DNA of 64,000 bases from a virus (taxonomy: Duplodnaviria > Caudoviricetes), in the IMG/VR virus record IMGVR_UViG_3300001868_000007, positions 20,925 to 84,924 of that record; one strand, written 5' to 3'. The translations under genes and the position numbers were made by a program. How positions within the stretch are numbered: the first letter of the stretch is position 1; each line of letters opens with the position of its first letter. The notes beneath the pieces are model-generated. The model was not told the origin of the DNA. It made no database searches and saw only the letters and a list, made by a program, of their open reading frames with translations. Shown here piece by piece: positions 35,957-46,505 of the stretch.

Positions 35957-37627
35957 ATGAACACAACAAGCAACAAATTTAATTTCTTCGTACCGTTAAG
36001 CTTTGAAAAAGGAACAGACGGTAAGGGAGCGTCAGTTGTAAAGATAAAAGGTGTTGCTTCTTCAGAAGCGGAAGACTCTGATGGAGAGACATTAATTCCA
36101 GCAGGATTTGATTTTGGACCACTACTGAAGACAGGATTCTTAAATTGGAATCATCAAGCGGGAAAATCAGCGAAAGCAATTTGTGGAGAACCAACAAGCG
36201 CTAAAATCATCAACAACGGAAAAGATTTCTACATTGAAGGATTTCTCTATCCAAACGCTCAAGGTAAAGAGGTAGCAGATTTAGCAGAGACTCTTGAGAT
36301 GTATTCTCCAAACAGACGTCTTGGATTCTCTATCGAAGGACAAGCAACTGAAAAAGATCCAATGAATGAAAAAAGGATTACTAAAGCTCGCATCACTGGA
36401 GTAGCAATTACACAGAGTCCAAAAAATCCAAACACACTCATGTCAATCATCAAAGGAGAAACAGATGATCTCTATATTGAAGATGAAGAGTTAACTGACG
36501 AAGAAAAGAAAAAACAAGAAGAAGAAAAAAAGAAAAAAGAAGGTACGACTGAGAAGGCCATGGATACTGAGGCGATGACCCCAGCTATGCCTGAGTCAGT
36601 CGAACATAAAGAAAAGCCCACTGTTGGGTTATCGTTAAACAAAAGTGAAGTTTACATTCAAATCTACGATCGGTATACAACTGACGTAATCAAAGCAAAA
36701 GAAATTTTCAATTTTATATCAAACGTCAACGAAAAACTTTTCAATATGACAAAAGGTGAAAAAATAACTGAAGAAACTCTTCAGAAATCTTTCGAGATTC
36801 TCGATGGACTTGTAAAAGGTAAAGAAGACACAGAAGAAGGTGTTAACAAGATCAAAGAAAAAGAAGAGGAAGAAGATGAAGAAAAAACTGAACCTGCAAC
36901 TTCTGGTAAAGAAGTAGCTGAAGAAGAAACTGAAGAAGTAAAAAAAGCGAAAGCTTGCACCTCAATGGCGAAAAGTTTATTGTCTACCGGTATGGCTCAA
37001 GGCGACGTTGTGAAAGCAATGACTGCTGTAGGAGTGGATCTAACAATGGCAGAAACATCTTGTCAAGCTTGTATTTCTCAAGCAGAAGCTTTGAAAGAAA
37101 ACGGTGGAACTATAACAACTGAAACAGCTCCTATCGTTAAGGGAGAAGAGTCAGTTATTTTAGAATCAACTCCAGATCCAGTTCTTGACCTTGTAAAAGG
37201 TTTACAAAACGGTTTAGGAGAAGGATTCAAAGCTATTGGCGTAATTCTGAAATCAGTAGTTGATGAAAGAAACGATTTGAAAGAAACTCTCAACACTCTT
37301 CAAAAAGGTTTCGATGATCTTTCAGATGACTTCGAAAAACTTGCAGAAACTCCAGCAGCTCCAAAATCAAAACGTACAGTCAAGTCAATCGAACGTTTTG
37401 AAAAAGGAGAAGAAGAAGGCAACGAAGATATGTATTGTATTAATAACGCAGCAGACGTAAAACGTTTAGGTGACCGTATCATGGGTCATGTCGAAATTTT
37501 GAAATCAAAAGGACAAGAAGATTTACAACTTGAAAAAGCAATAGCTGATCTTGAGATCAGTAAATCAACCGACTATACAGCAATAGCTCCTAAATTAAGA
37601 GCATTGAACATCACATTAGTGAAGTAA
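35957..37627 (+). CDS. Prohead protease with C-terminal scaffold region
   Basis: IKGVAS...D.DGE.LIP.G, NWNH, GFSIEG, VAIT..P.NP.T; acidic/helical C-terminus; directly upstream of MCP. Confidence 0.88.
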   Translation: MNTTSNKFNFFVPLSFEKGTDGKGASVVKIKGVASSEAEDSDGETLIPAGFDFGPLLKTGFLNWNHQAGKSAKAICGEPTSAKIINNGKDFYIEGFLYPNAQGKEVADLAETLEMYSPNRRLGFSIEGQATEKDPMNEKRITKARITGVAITQSPKNPNTLMSIIKGETDDLYIEDEELTDEEKKKQEEEKKKKEGTTEKAMDTEAMTPAMPESVEHKEKPTVGLSLNKSEVYIQIYDRYTTDVIKAKEIFNFISNVNEKLFNMTKGEKITEETLQKSFEILDGLVKGKEDTEEGVNKIKEKEEEEDEEKTEPATSGKEVAEEETEEVKKAKACTSMAKSLLSTGMAQGDVVKAMTAVGVDLTMAETSCQACISQAEALKENGGTITTETAPIVKGEESVILESTPDPVLDLVKGLQNGLGEGFKAIGVILKSVVDERNDLKETLNTLQKGFDDLSDDFEKLAETPAAPKSKRTVKSIERFEKGEEEGNEDMYCINNAADVKRLGDRIMGHVEILKSKGQEDLQLEKAIADLEISKSTDYTAIAPKLRALNITLVK

Positions 37628-37687
37628 TCAAATCGTGAATCGCATTTAGAGATCGTTAATCGCAAAATTACAAACAAAAATACAATC

Positions 37688-39154
37688 ATGGTAGGATTAA
37701 ATGACTATGTTGATGGTTTTGGTGGAACCGAGCAAGAAGGTCAATTAGAGTTGCAAAAAGCAATGTCTGCAGGCCAAATTACCGGTAGAGAAACCACAGG
37801 TTTATCATTAACTCAAGAACCTCTGAAAGCAGAGTCTCTTGAAAAAACACTGAAATTACTTGAATTTCGGACAACGGATATCAAATTATTCAACGCTATT
37901 CCTAAGCTAACAGCTTATAACACTGTTGAAGAATTCTTGCAATTATCAAGTTACGGTTCTCAACGCGGAGGTTTCTATAATGAAGGCGAACTTTCAGATG
38001 TAGAAGATTCTAAATATATCCGTCGGTCTGAGTTGATAAAATACATGCAGGTTACCGGTGAAGTAACAATGCAGGCTCAAATGGTACGTTCGTACGTTGA
38101 TGCAATGCGTAAGGAAGTTGAAAACAAAATGATGTGGATCATGCGTTTAGCCAACACAACTTTGACAAAAGGTGACGCTGACATTATTCCTCAGGAATTC
38201 AACTCTATCTACAAACAACACGCAAGTATTGGCGCAACACAAGATTTCTTGTATCCAACTTTCGAAGCTTACTACAACAGTGGTACAGTAGTTGATTTAC
38301 GCGGAAAGAGTTTGAAACAATCTGATGTTGAAAATGGCGCTATCAAAGTAGATGAAAACTACGGTACAATCTCTCACTTGGCTGCTCCAACAACTGTTCT
38401 TTCAGCTTTAGCTCAAGACTATTTCGAAACTCAACGCATCATCCAAAACGGTACTGGATTTGAAGGTAAAATTGGAGTTGTTCCAAAAGTGATCTCAACA
38501 ACTATGGGAGACGCAGCTTTGATGGGTGACAAATTTATGAAGGCAGATCCTTCAAAAAATTCAGCTACTCCTTCAACTTCTACGAAAGCTCCTTCTGCTC
38601 CAACGATCTCTACAGTTGCAACTGCTGCTGACGCGTTATCGAAATATGTAACCGGTGAATTGGGTGACTGTTTCTATGCAGTATCTGCAATCAATCGTTA
38701 CGGTGAATCAAACTTAGCTATCCACGCTACTCCAATCACATTGGCTGCTGGTTATTCTGTGGATTTGACTTTTGTTGCTGGTGCTGGATCAAACGTAACT
38801 AACGGTTATGTGATCTTCCGCACGAAAATCACTACTGCTACTACTCCTGCAGGTTTAGAATTTTATCCTATCTTCCGAGTTGGCTCTGCAAATCTTTCTG
38901 CAGGATTCAATAACGGAGCTCCCGGTACAATTCGCGACGCTGGATATTTCTTACCAAACACTGAACAAGCATTCTTGACTCAGATTGATGAAGAAGTTGT
39001 AGCATTCAAACAATTGGCTCCAATCTCGAAATTGGACTTAGCTGTATTGTCTATGAGCCGCAGATTTATTACATTTTTATTCGGAACGACCCAGGTGTAT
39101 GCGCCAAAAAAGATCATACGTTACATCAACGTAGGGAAAACTTTAACAGCTTAA
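37688..39154 (+). CDS. Major capsid protein
   Basis: L..ESLE..L, FN.IPK..AYNTVEEF, F.E.E.....DS...R: SPO1/K-type MCP; followed by strong terminator. Confidence 0.92.
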   Translation: MVGLNDYVDGFGGTEQEGQLELQKAMSAGQITGRETTGLSLTQEPLKAESLEKTLKLLEFRTTDIKLFNAIPKLTAYNTVEEFLQLSSYGSQRGGFYNEGELSDVEDSKYIRRSELIKYMQVTGEVTMQAQMVRSYVDAMRKEVENKMMWIMRLANTTLTKGDADIIPQEFNSIYKQHASIGATQDFLYPTFEAYYNSGTVVDLRGKSLKQSDVENGAIKVDENYGTISHLAAPTTVLSALAQDYFETQRIIQNGTGFEGKIGVVPKVISTTMGDAALMGDKFMKADPSKNSATPSTSTKAPSAPTISTVATAADALSKYVTGELGDCFYAVSAINRYGESNLAIHATPITLAAGYSVDLTFVAGAGSNVTNGYVIFRTKITTATTPAGLEFYPIFRVGSANLSAGFNNGAPGTIRDAGYFLPNTEQAFLTQIDEEVVAFKQLAPISKLDLAVLSMSRRFITFLFGTTQVYAPKKIIRYINVGKTLTA

Positions 39155-39175
39155 TTGTTGTTTAAATATATAATT

Positions 39176-39212
39176 AAGAAGCGTCGCCTATATTGTGCGA
39201 CGCTTCTTTTGC
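39176..39212 (+). terminator. Rho-independent terminator after MCP
   Basis: AAGAAGCGTCGC/GCGACGCTTCTT stem followed by TT. Confidence 0.85.
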
Positions 39213-39262
39213 TTTAAGGAAATAGTTTACTGATATTTACGCAAATTATAAACATTTTAAAG

Positions 39263-39724
39263 ATGGTATTATTAAAAACAACACTGCAACACAAATGGGG
39301 TAGAAACGCCTGCCTTCCAATCATTGGAGATGTAACTATCTCAGAAGAAGGAACTATCGAAGTAGAATCTGAAGAGATTGCTCAACAGATTGAAGATCTT
39401 GAAATTGGTTTCAGTATAGCTGAAGAGGTAGAAATAACTACTACCACAACCGAAGCGACAACAACAACTACCACTACCGAGTTGATCGTAGAGAAAGTTG
39501 AAAAAGACGAACTCAATCCTGAAAGCGAAACCGAACTTCATAAAGAAAGTCAAGGCGACGAAACCGATCTAATCTCTCAACTTGAAAAAGAAATCTTCTT
39601 TGCTTCGCTTGAAGAAAAGAAGCTTGAAGAATTGAAAGAGTTAGCAAAAGACTTTCCTGGTAAAGAATGGAGAGCTTTGAAAAAAGAAGATTTGATCATT
39701 TATTTGAAAGAAAAATTAGCTTAA
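39263..39724 (+). CDS. Hypothetical virion protein with internal poly-Thr tract
   Basis: EITTTTTEATTTTTTTE; C-terminal Rho-N-like L..K.L.ELKELAK...LKK.DLI..L. Confidence 0.65.
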   Translation: MVLLKTTLQHKWGRNACLPIIGDVTISEEGTIEVESEEIAQQIEDLEIGFSIAEEVEITTTTTEATTTTTTTELIVEKVEKDELNPESETELHKESQGDETDLISQLEKEIFFASLEEKKLEELKELAKDFPGKEWRALKKEDLIIYLKEKLA

Positions 39725-39730
39725 TACAAC

Positions 39731-40579
39731 ATGCCTCAAATAAACTTTAGTATAATAATTAATAAGAGCACTCGACAGATTTTATCTGTTGAAGAGTTCA
39801 AACAGAAGTATTTGTTTGGTCTACCCCTTGAAAAAGATGGAGTACTCATACCAGCAGAGATCTATGAGCACTATCTAAGTGCAGCTAAGGAACAAGTTGA
39901 GGATTTATTGAATTTAAGACTAAACAGAGAAATTATCAGAGAGCAAAAAGACTTCTTCTACGACGATTGGGTACATTGGAGTTACACGAAAGCGACTTAT
40001 CCGGTAGTGTACCCAATTGCGTTGAAAGGTTATCTCGGCACAACTAAACAAGTTGATTATCCTCGTTCATGGTTACAAGCTCGCAAAACAAGCGATAATA
40101 AATTGTATAGTCGACTTCTTTACATGGTCCCAACTTACAATTCAGTCACAAGTCAGAACTCAATTATCTTCTCAGGAGTAATGCCTAATCTGAATTGGTT
40201 CGCTTCTTACGGAGCTAACGGTCAAATTCCATCGTATTGGAACCAAGAATACATCACAGGGTTCGATAAAATTCCATCAGACATTATTCATGTTATTGGA
40301 ATGCTCGCTAGCATCTCTTTTTTGGCAGTTCTAAGTGATATGCTGATGGGAAATCGTCAAGCTGGGGAAACTGGCTCAGGAATAGGTTGGGGTTTAAATT
40401 CAAAGAGTATTTCGATAGACGGATTATCACAATCGTTGTCAAGTGGAGCGACAAGCGGTATCTTTAAGGCACGGATCCAACAATATCAACAAACTCTTGG
40501 AGATCTTAGAGGTCAAAAATCCGGAGAATTGCAACGATTGATCGATTATTATAACGGTATTTTAATGATTTGCGCATAA
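39731..40579 (+). CDS. Head-tail adaptor / head completion protein
   Basis: Position after MCP; Y...A...VE..LN, SKS.SIDGLSQS. Confidence 0.65.
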   Translation: MPQINFSIIINKSTRQILSVEEFKQKYLFGLPLEKDGVLIPAEIYEHYLSAAKEQVEDLLNLRLNREIIREQKDFFYDDWVHWSYTKATYPVVYPIALKGYLGTTKQVDYPRSWLQARKTSDNKLYSRLLYMVPTYNSVTSQNSIIFSGVMPNLNWFASYGANGQIPSYWNQEYITGFDKIPSDIIHVIGMLASISFLAVLSDMLMGNRQAGETGSGIGWGLNSKSISIDGLSQSLSSGATSGIFKARIQQYQQTLGDLRGQKSGELQRLIDYYNGILMICA

Positions 40580-40581
40580 TT

Positions 40582-41061
40582 ATGAATGAATTTCAAAAAG
40601 CTCAGAGCGAGCGTATTTTAGGTTGTTACGGCGAAAGTTCGGAAACTCTTTTAGAAAAAGGTGGAGAAGGTGCTCGTGGCGGAAAGGTTATCGGTCACAC
40701 AAAATCAGGTAAACCAGTATATGCAAATCTAAAAGCTGACCACGAGAATTATAAACATTTCACTTCAACAGATCATAAAGAAGCTGCAAGCCTTCACAAT
40801 GACGCTAAGCAATTCCTTCACCCTCGTGAAAACGCAGGAGAGATGGATAAGCACCGTAGTGCATCAGAGAGTCACATTGAAACAAGTCATCGCCCCTACA
40901 AGAATCATTCAAAAGAAGAATTACACAAACTTGCAGATAAGAAAGCTGGAAGGGATCGTGCTGACGCAGTAGATGAATTAGCTAATCGCTACAGAGAGTC
41001 TCATCCAGGACAGACAGCTAACACATCGGCTTTAGATAGATCTGATCCCAAAACACATTAA
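40582..41061 (+). CDS. Putative internal head protein (leader + GGKVIGHTKSGKPVY + His-rich module)
   Basis: MNEFQKAQSERILGCYGE...LEKG; start revised from 40570. Confidence 0.7.
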   Translation: MNEFQKAQSERILGCYGESSETLLEKGGEGARGGKVIGHTKSGKPVYANLKADHENYKHFTSTDHKEAASLHNDAKQFLHPRENAGEMDKHRSASESHIETSHRPYKNHSKEELHKLADKKAGRDRADAVDELANRYRESHPGQTANTSALDRSDPKTH

Positions 41062-41064
41062 CCA

Positions 41065-41826
41065 ATGCCACTTCAACCAACTAACCTTCCGCCTCCAAGA
41101 GCTGATCTCGACAAAGCTGAGTTCGAAAAGCTTATTGATCAAAAAGGTGGAGATGTGATCTTTGAAAAAGCACTTGAATGTCCTTGTAAATCAAAATCTA
41201 CCAATCAACAAAGTGACTGTAAAAACTGCGGAGGAACTGGATGGGTATTCATTAATCCAGTACAGACACGAATGATCTTGACTGCAATCAATATCGTAAC
41301 AGATTTCAAGGCATGGTCAGAGGAAATGAGAGGAACTGTCAACATTACTTGTAAAGCTGAAGAGCAACTTTCAGTGATGGATAAAATAACCGTTCTAAAC
41401 GGAGAAGCTATTTTCAATGAAGTACTCTTTTTGAGAAAGAAGGGCGAAGAAGTTTTTTGCTACACTACGTACGCTGTAAAGGAGATTTTATATGTAGGCA
41501 TGTTCGTAGCAACAGACGAACCATTACTAAGATTGATTGAGGGCGCTGATTTCACAATTGAAGGCAGCATTTTCAAATTAACAAATCTCGATCTTCTTGG
41601 AAGTGACTCAACTGGTGAGAATACATCTTTCACAATAAGATATAAACACGCTCCTGAGTTTCACGTAATTGAAATGCGGAGAGAAACAATGCAAACATTC
41701 GAGTGGCGAGGAACTGAAAGACTTCAAAGCATGCCAGTTTCAGCAATAGCTCGAAGAGCACATTATCAACTAAAAGCAAACAATCTCCTTGGAGATAGAT
41801 TAATCGATAATTCATATATAGAATAA
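41065..41826 (+). CDS. Head closure / neck protein
   Basis: CPC...C..C.GTGW motif typical of K/SPO1-type neck protein. Confidence 0.7.
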   Translation: MPLQPTNLPPPRADLDKAEFEKLIDQKGGDVIFEKALECPCKSKSTNQQSDCKNCGGTGWVFINPVQTRMILTAINIVTDFKAWSEEMRGTVNITCKAEEQLSVMDKITVLNGEAIFNEVLFLRKKGEEVFCYTTYAVKEILYVGMFVATDEPLLRLIEGADFTIEGSIFKLTNLDLLGSDSTGENTSFTIRYKHAPEFHVIEMRRETMQTFEWRGTERLQSMPVSAIARRAHYQLKANNLLGDRLIDNSYIE

Positions 41827-41827
41827 T

Positions 41828-42199
41828 ATGCTAAACGAAATCCAAAAAGCACAAAGTGCACGCATTCTTGCTACTTATGGCGAAACTTCAGAAAGTATTC
41901 TTGAAAAGAGTGGCGAAGGCTCCAAAGGTGGCAAAATCATAGGACATACTAAATCCGGGAAACCCATTTATGAACACTCGATACATACTTCAAAAGATTT
42001 TACTGCGGAAGATCACAGTGATGCAACGAGTGCTCATATGAAAGCTGCAAAATCAGCGAACGAAAAGAAGCAATTTCTTCACCCAAAAGAAAACGCAGGA
42101 GAGATGGAAAAATTGCGGAATCAATCTCAACATCATTCTTCAATGGCTGAGCTACATTCAAATGCAATAAATCAGAAATATGACGAAAAGAAAGACTAA
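41828..42199 (+). CDS. Putative internal head protein (leader family)
   Basis: MLNEIQKAQSARILATYGE...LEKSGEGSKGGKIIGHTKSGKPIY. Confidence 0.7.
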   Translation: MLNEIQKAQSARILATYGETSESILEKSGEGSKGGKIIGHTKSGKPIYEHSIHTSKDFTAEDHSDATSAHMKAAKSANEKKQFLHPKENAGEMEKLRNQSQHHSSMAELHSNAINQKYDEKKD

Positions 42200-43009
42200 A
42201 TGATCGTACCAATTATCATAGATGGATCAGCTTTACAGCAACAGTTTGCTCTCAGTTCAGATCAAATTGAATCCATTTGCGATAATATAGCCAAAACCCT
42301 TGCAGTACGCTACGCACAACAACTAGAGCAAGAAGCAAATAACGCACTTCACTCCACTAGGCAACGCTATATTAAAAGTGTACACGTAGTTGATTCTGGA
42401 AGAGCGGAAAGTATGGTAGTTCTTGACTACTCAAAAGATAAGTTGATTCAAATGCTTGAAGAAGGTGCAAGTCCCTTCGACGAAAAAACAAAATTATTAG
42501 CAAGCACAAAAGCTAAGATTGGTAAAAATGGAGGAAGATATATAACTGTTCCAATGCGTTGGGGAACTCCTGGTATAGTAGGAGAGAGTGACGTATTCAC
42601 AGGGATACTACCACAACAAGTTTACGATGTTGTAAAAGCAAAGTCTACAAATATTCCAGTAAGTGGAGGAGGTTCAAGAAGTGCTGGATTAAGCGCAGGA
42701 GAAATTCCTAGTCCGTTTAACGCGATAGGAAGCAGAGCTCCAATAGTAGATTCAGTAGGAAAAGTACTTTTCAACGAATACCAACACAAGACCTCAATTT
42801 ATCAAGGAGTCTCAAAGAAAACAGATCTATCTACTGGACAAAATACATATAACTCATTCCGTAGAGTAAGTGAAAATAGCGATAAAGACGCTTTCATTCA
42901 CCCAGGAATTGAGCAATACAACTTAATTCAGCGTGCTTTAGACAACTTCGATAGAGATAATATTGTATCAATAGCTATAGATCAAGAATTAATCAATTTA
43001 GGTTTTTAA
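42200..43009 (+). CDS. Neck / tail completion protein
   Basis: Synteny; GRYITVP, FRRVSENS...FIHPG. Confidence 0.6.
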   Translation: MIVPIIIDGSALQQQFALSSDQIESICDNIAKTLAVRYAQQLEQEANNALHSTRQRYIKSVHVVDSGRAESMVVLDYSKDKLIQMLEEGASPFDEKTKLLASTKAKIGKNGGRYITVPMRWGTPGIVGESDVFTGILPQQVYDVVKAKSTNIPVSGGGSRSAGLSAGEIPSPFNAIGSRAPIVDSVGKVLFNEYQHKTSIYQGVSKKTDLSTGQNTYNSFRRVSENSDKDAFIHPGIEQYNLIQRALDNFDRDNIVSIAIDQELINLGF

Positions 43010-43011
43010 AA

Positions 43012-43743
43012 ATGCAGACATTAATCGTTCCAGAAACTATTATACTTGATTCTCTTGAAAAAGCGTTACAATTTGTTCGTACTGATTACGCAACGAATAT
43101 AGCTGCAAATACAGAACAAGATTCATATCTTTATCGAATTCTTCAGGGAGTAGGAATAGAGCGATATACTTACTTCACTCAAGGAAAGAAAGTATTTCTT
43201 GCAGCAGAGGATGATCCTCGCTTATTGAATATTGATCTTGTTTACAACATGAATGTTAACAAGGTACCAAGCGTTTACATAGCTTTAGCTAACGAACAAA
43301 ACGGTCAAAACGGATTAGGGTTAGATGAAGGATATCAACAGGATCTTGAGAATGAAGACGGAACAGCTCTATCAGTCTTTACTCGCAGAAAAAATACTTC
43401 ATATAACATAATGATTACAAGCGACAATTCAAACGAAGTCGTTATGATTTATCATTTCTTGTACGCTTTATTAACATCACTTACTCCTCACATGAATATG
43501 CGAGGATTAGAAAATATTTCAATTGGAGGACAAGATCTGCAACTAAGAGGAGATTTGATTCCTAAGAGCATTTTCATGCGAGCTCTAGCGATCAATCTTC
43601 AGTACGAGATATCAGTTCCTGATCTAAGTAGAAATCCAACTGCTGGAGATATATTCTTTTCTGGAAGTCCAGTAGAGGAAATTACTCCAACTACTACGAC
43701 TACAACAATATCAGTCACCACAACCACAACAACTATAATTTAA
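43012..43743 (+). CDS. Tail terminator-like protein with C-terminal poly-Thr tail
   Basis: Synteny upstream of sheath; ends ITPTTTTTTISVTTTTTTII. Confidence 0.6.
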   Translation: MQTLIVPETIILDSLEKALQFVRTDYATNIAANTEQDSYLYRILQGVGIERYTYFTQGKKVFLAAEDDPRLLNIDLVYNMNVNKVPSVYIALANEQNGQNGLGLDEGYQQDLENEDGTALSVFTRRKNTSYNIMITSDNSNEVVMIYHFLYALLTSLTPHMNMRGLENISIGGQDLQLRGDLIPKSIFMRALAINLQYEISVPDLSRNPTAGDIFFSGSPVEEITPTTTTTTISVTTTTTTII

Positions 43744-43748
43744 GAAAT

Positions 43749-43964
43749 ATGGCAAAGCAAAAAGAAGATCAACCTTTTTCTGAGGGTCAAGAAGGAACAA
43801 CTACTACTACAACCAAAGCTCCTAAAAAAATAGACCTACAAAATTATTTGGATAGTTTATCTTTAATGAGAGCGGAACGAACGTATTACGAAAGGACTTA
43901 TGGTCAAGTTCGAATCTCGAAGACCTATGAGGAGTGGAAAAAAGAAATCAAGATCGTTCATTAA
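43749..43964 (+). CDS. Small protein upstream of sheath with poly-Thr tract
   Basis: EGTTTTTTKAP; equivalent small gene precedes the sheath in K-like phages. Confidence 0.55.
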   Translation: MAKQKEDQPFSEGQEGTTTTTTKAPKKIDLQNYLDSLSLMRAERTYYERTYGQVRISKTYEEWKKEIKIVH

Positions 43965-44022
43965 TCAGATAAAATGACTATTTTTATCTCGTTGAATTCA
44001 AATAACATCTTAACAGAATAAT

Positions 44023-45975
44023 ATGGCAACAGTAATAAGTGTTAACGGCAAAACGGTCACTAGACCAGGTGTTTACGCTCTAACTAAATCAGGAGTTAAA
44101 AATCCTTCACCAAATTTAGCATACGGCAATATATGTATTATCGACGACGGTCTTGGCGCTATGTGGGGAGGTGGTTCAGGTGTTAGTGGAACGTTAAAAT
44201 CAGGCGTAGACGCTGTTTATGAATTAGCTACTATTCAACAATTCAGAGATTTTGTAAAAGGTGGTGAATTATGGAATCTTGCGAAACCATTGTTTAAACC
44301 TGCTGGAGACGGAATTAATGGTACCTCTAAGGTATTTTTAGTACGTGCTTGTGAAACCACACCTGCAACTATGTCTTACACTTTTGATGCTGGTTCAATA
44401 ACATTTCAAACTCTTGATGAGGGAGTGAATACAAACGGTGTATTAGCTGGAAGCATTCTGAATAAAGGCTATGCTTGTAAGATTGTGAAAAACGTAGCAA
44501 CAAGCAAATACGCTATTCAATTCTATGCCGGATCTTATAAAGGAATCGATCCTTTGAATCGTGTTTCTTATGACGGAATGACTCAGGTTACTGCGTTAGC
44601 AAACAACTTCTTATCATCTAAAGAATGCGCAACAGTACAAGAATTGATTGATTGGTGCAATACTTCAAATGAATTCAAAGCAGTTTTCAATTTAACAGTA
44701 GGAACTACTTCTTCTAATACTGCAGCAGCAGCAACTTTTGATTGTACTGCGTTAGCAACTATTCTCGATACTCCTATCACTTTAAGAATCAACGATCCAG
44801 TATTGGGATTGATTGAATTGGGTTCTTCTACCTTCACTACTGGAGCAACAGGAGCTGCTATTGCAGCAGTTTTTAAAGCAATTATAAATACTTACGCTCA
44901 TGGTTATTCAGCAGATAATACTGGAGCTAGCTTAGTAACTACTGCTCCAGCTACTTACGGAGCAAGTATTAATGGAAACGCTTTAGGATTTTACTATGCA
45001 ACAGGATCAGCTTCTGCCAGTTTTGCAGCAGGTGCAGATGTAGCAAGCTCATTCATTGATGCAGATGTAAGTGGGAATACAGGTTATCAATTGGCTACCG
45101 GAGGAACAGAAGTTTACACATCTGCAGCTTTTGATGCAGCTATTGAAGCAATCAAAGAAACAGATAATACTTTCTTTTTAGCTACTTCTTATGGAGTAAC
45201 TAACGCGATTGGATTAAACAGCACTAAGATCTTTGACTATCTTGAAAATGATTCGAAATACGAAAAATTCATGGTAGTTGGTGCTGGTTATGACAAATCT
45301 GAATTTGCTGGAGCTTCTGGAACTTCTGAAGCAGTTGCAAAATATTATAATTCAGACAAAGTCATCATTGTACATGGTGCTGCAAAAGAAACTTCCAAAG
45401 CCGGATTCTTGGTTCGTAGTCAACTTTACAAAGCTGCTGCTGTATTGGGTCGTTTAGCTGGAGTTGCTCCACAGACACCTCTTACATTCAAGAATATCGC
45501 TATCGATGGAGAGATTCATTCGTTAACAGATACTGAAAAAGAATACGCTTTATCTGTAGGAATTTTAACTACACATTTCGATTCTGAACTTGGATACTAT
45601 GTTATTCAACAAGGCGTAAATTCTTTGCAGAACAATCAGTATTTGATCAATGAAGACGCTTCTTCTTTCGACATAGCAGTTAAGCGAATTGAAGCGCAGT
45701 TAAACAAAGAAATTTGCATTCGCGCAAAACAAGTTTTCTTCGCTAAAGATTCTACTGGACCAAATCGAACTACAGTTAGCGAAGAAAATGTAAAAGCGTG
45801 GCTAGATGGTTTTTTGCACAATAAAGTAGCAACATCTTTGACTGATAATTTGATTTTGAGATTTGGTAATATTAACGTCGAATATCAAAGTGACAATATC
45901 TACGTGACATACGAATTCGTTCCAAATTTCTCAATTTCAAAAGCGATTTTCACAGGTACATTGCTCGACAAATAA
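44023..45975 (+). CDS. Tail sheath protein
   Basis: TRPGVY N-terminus, AAAVLGRLAG, LTFK, YVIQQGVN. Confidence 0.92.
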   Translation: MATVISVNGKTVTRPGVYALTKSGVKNPSPNLAYGNICIIDDGLGAMWGGGSGVSGTLKSGVDAVYELATIQQFRDFVKGGELWNLAKPLFKPAGDGINGTSKVFLVRACETTPATMSYTFDAGSITFQTLDEGVNTNGVLAGSILNKGYACKIVKNVATSKYAIQFYAGSYKGIDPLNRVSYDGMTQVTALANNFLSSKECATVQELIDWCNTSNEFKAVFNLTVGTTSSNTAAAATFDCTALATILDTPITLRINDPVLGLIELGSSTFTTGATGAAIAAVFKAIINTYAHGYSADNTGASLVTTAPATYGASINGNALGFYYATGSASASFAAGADVASSFIDADVSGNTGYQLATGGTEVYTSAAFDAAIEAIKETDNTFFLATSYGVTNAIGLNSTKIFDYLENDSKYEKFMVVGAGYDKSEFAGASGTSEAVAKYYNSDKVIIVHGAAKETSKAGFLVRSQLYKAAAVLGRLAGVAPQTPLTFKNIAIDGEIHSLTDTEKEYALSVGILTTHFDSELGYYVIQQGVNSLQNNQYLINEDASSFDIAVKRIEAQLNKEICIRAKQVFFAKDSTGPNRTTVSEENVKAWLDGFLHNKVATSLTDNLILRFGNINVEYQSDNIYVTYEFVPNFSISKAIFTGTLLDK

Positions 45976-45991
45976 TAAATAAGACATAATT

Positions 45992-46504
45992 ATGGCTAAC
46001 GAAAAAGACAATAAGACCTTAACCGGTGCCATCGCCTTGATTTTGGTGGGAGATCAGGTGATTGGTAAAATGAAAAGTGTACGCTGTCAGGAAAACATAC
46101 GACGTCTTCCAGTGCGTGGAATAGGAACTATCTTACCTTCTGAACAAGCAGTTATTGAATGGGAAGGAACATTAAGTTGTGAATTCATGGAAGTGAATTT
46201 TACTAAAACAGGAATCACCAATGCTATTCGTAGAGCACTCCCAAATATCGCTTCACAAGTGTTAGATGGAGTAGCTTCATTCGAGGACCAATTAATCCTT
46301 GACATAGAAGGAGTACAGGTGAACATCTTCAAGAAAATCTCTGACGTAGTTGGAGCTAACGGTATCATTAAACCTAAACTGACTCCTTACGCTATTGTGA
46401 AGAATTGTCTGATTGAATCAGACAGCTTTGATATTTCAGAAGGATCTATTGCCGGTCACTCACAATCTTTCAAGTACTTAGTTCCACTAACTCAATTAAC
46501 ATAA
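45992..46504 (+). CDS. Tail tube protein
   Basis: Follows sheath; V.GIG...P.E...EWEGTLS, C.I.S.SF.I. Confidence 0.85.
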   Translation: MANEKDNKTLTGAIALILVGDQVIGKMKSVRCQENIRRLPVRGIGTILPSEQAVIEWEGTLSCEFMEVNFTKTGITNAIRRALPNIASQVLDGVASFEDQLILDIEGVQVNIFKKISDVVGANGIIKPKLTPYAIVKNCLIESDSFDISEGSIAGHSQSFKYLVPLTQLT

Positions 46505-46505
46505 G

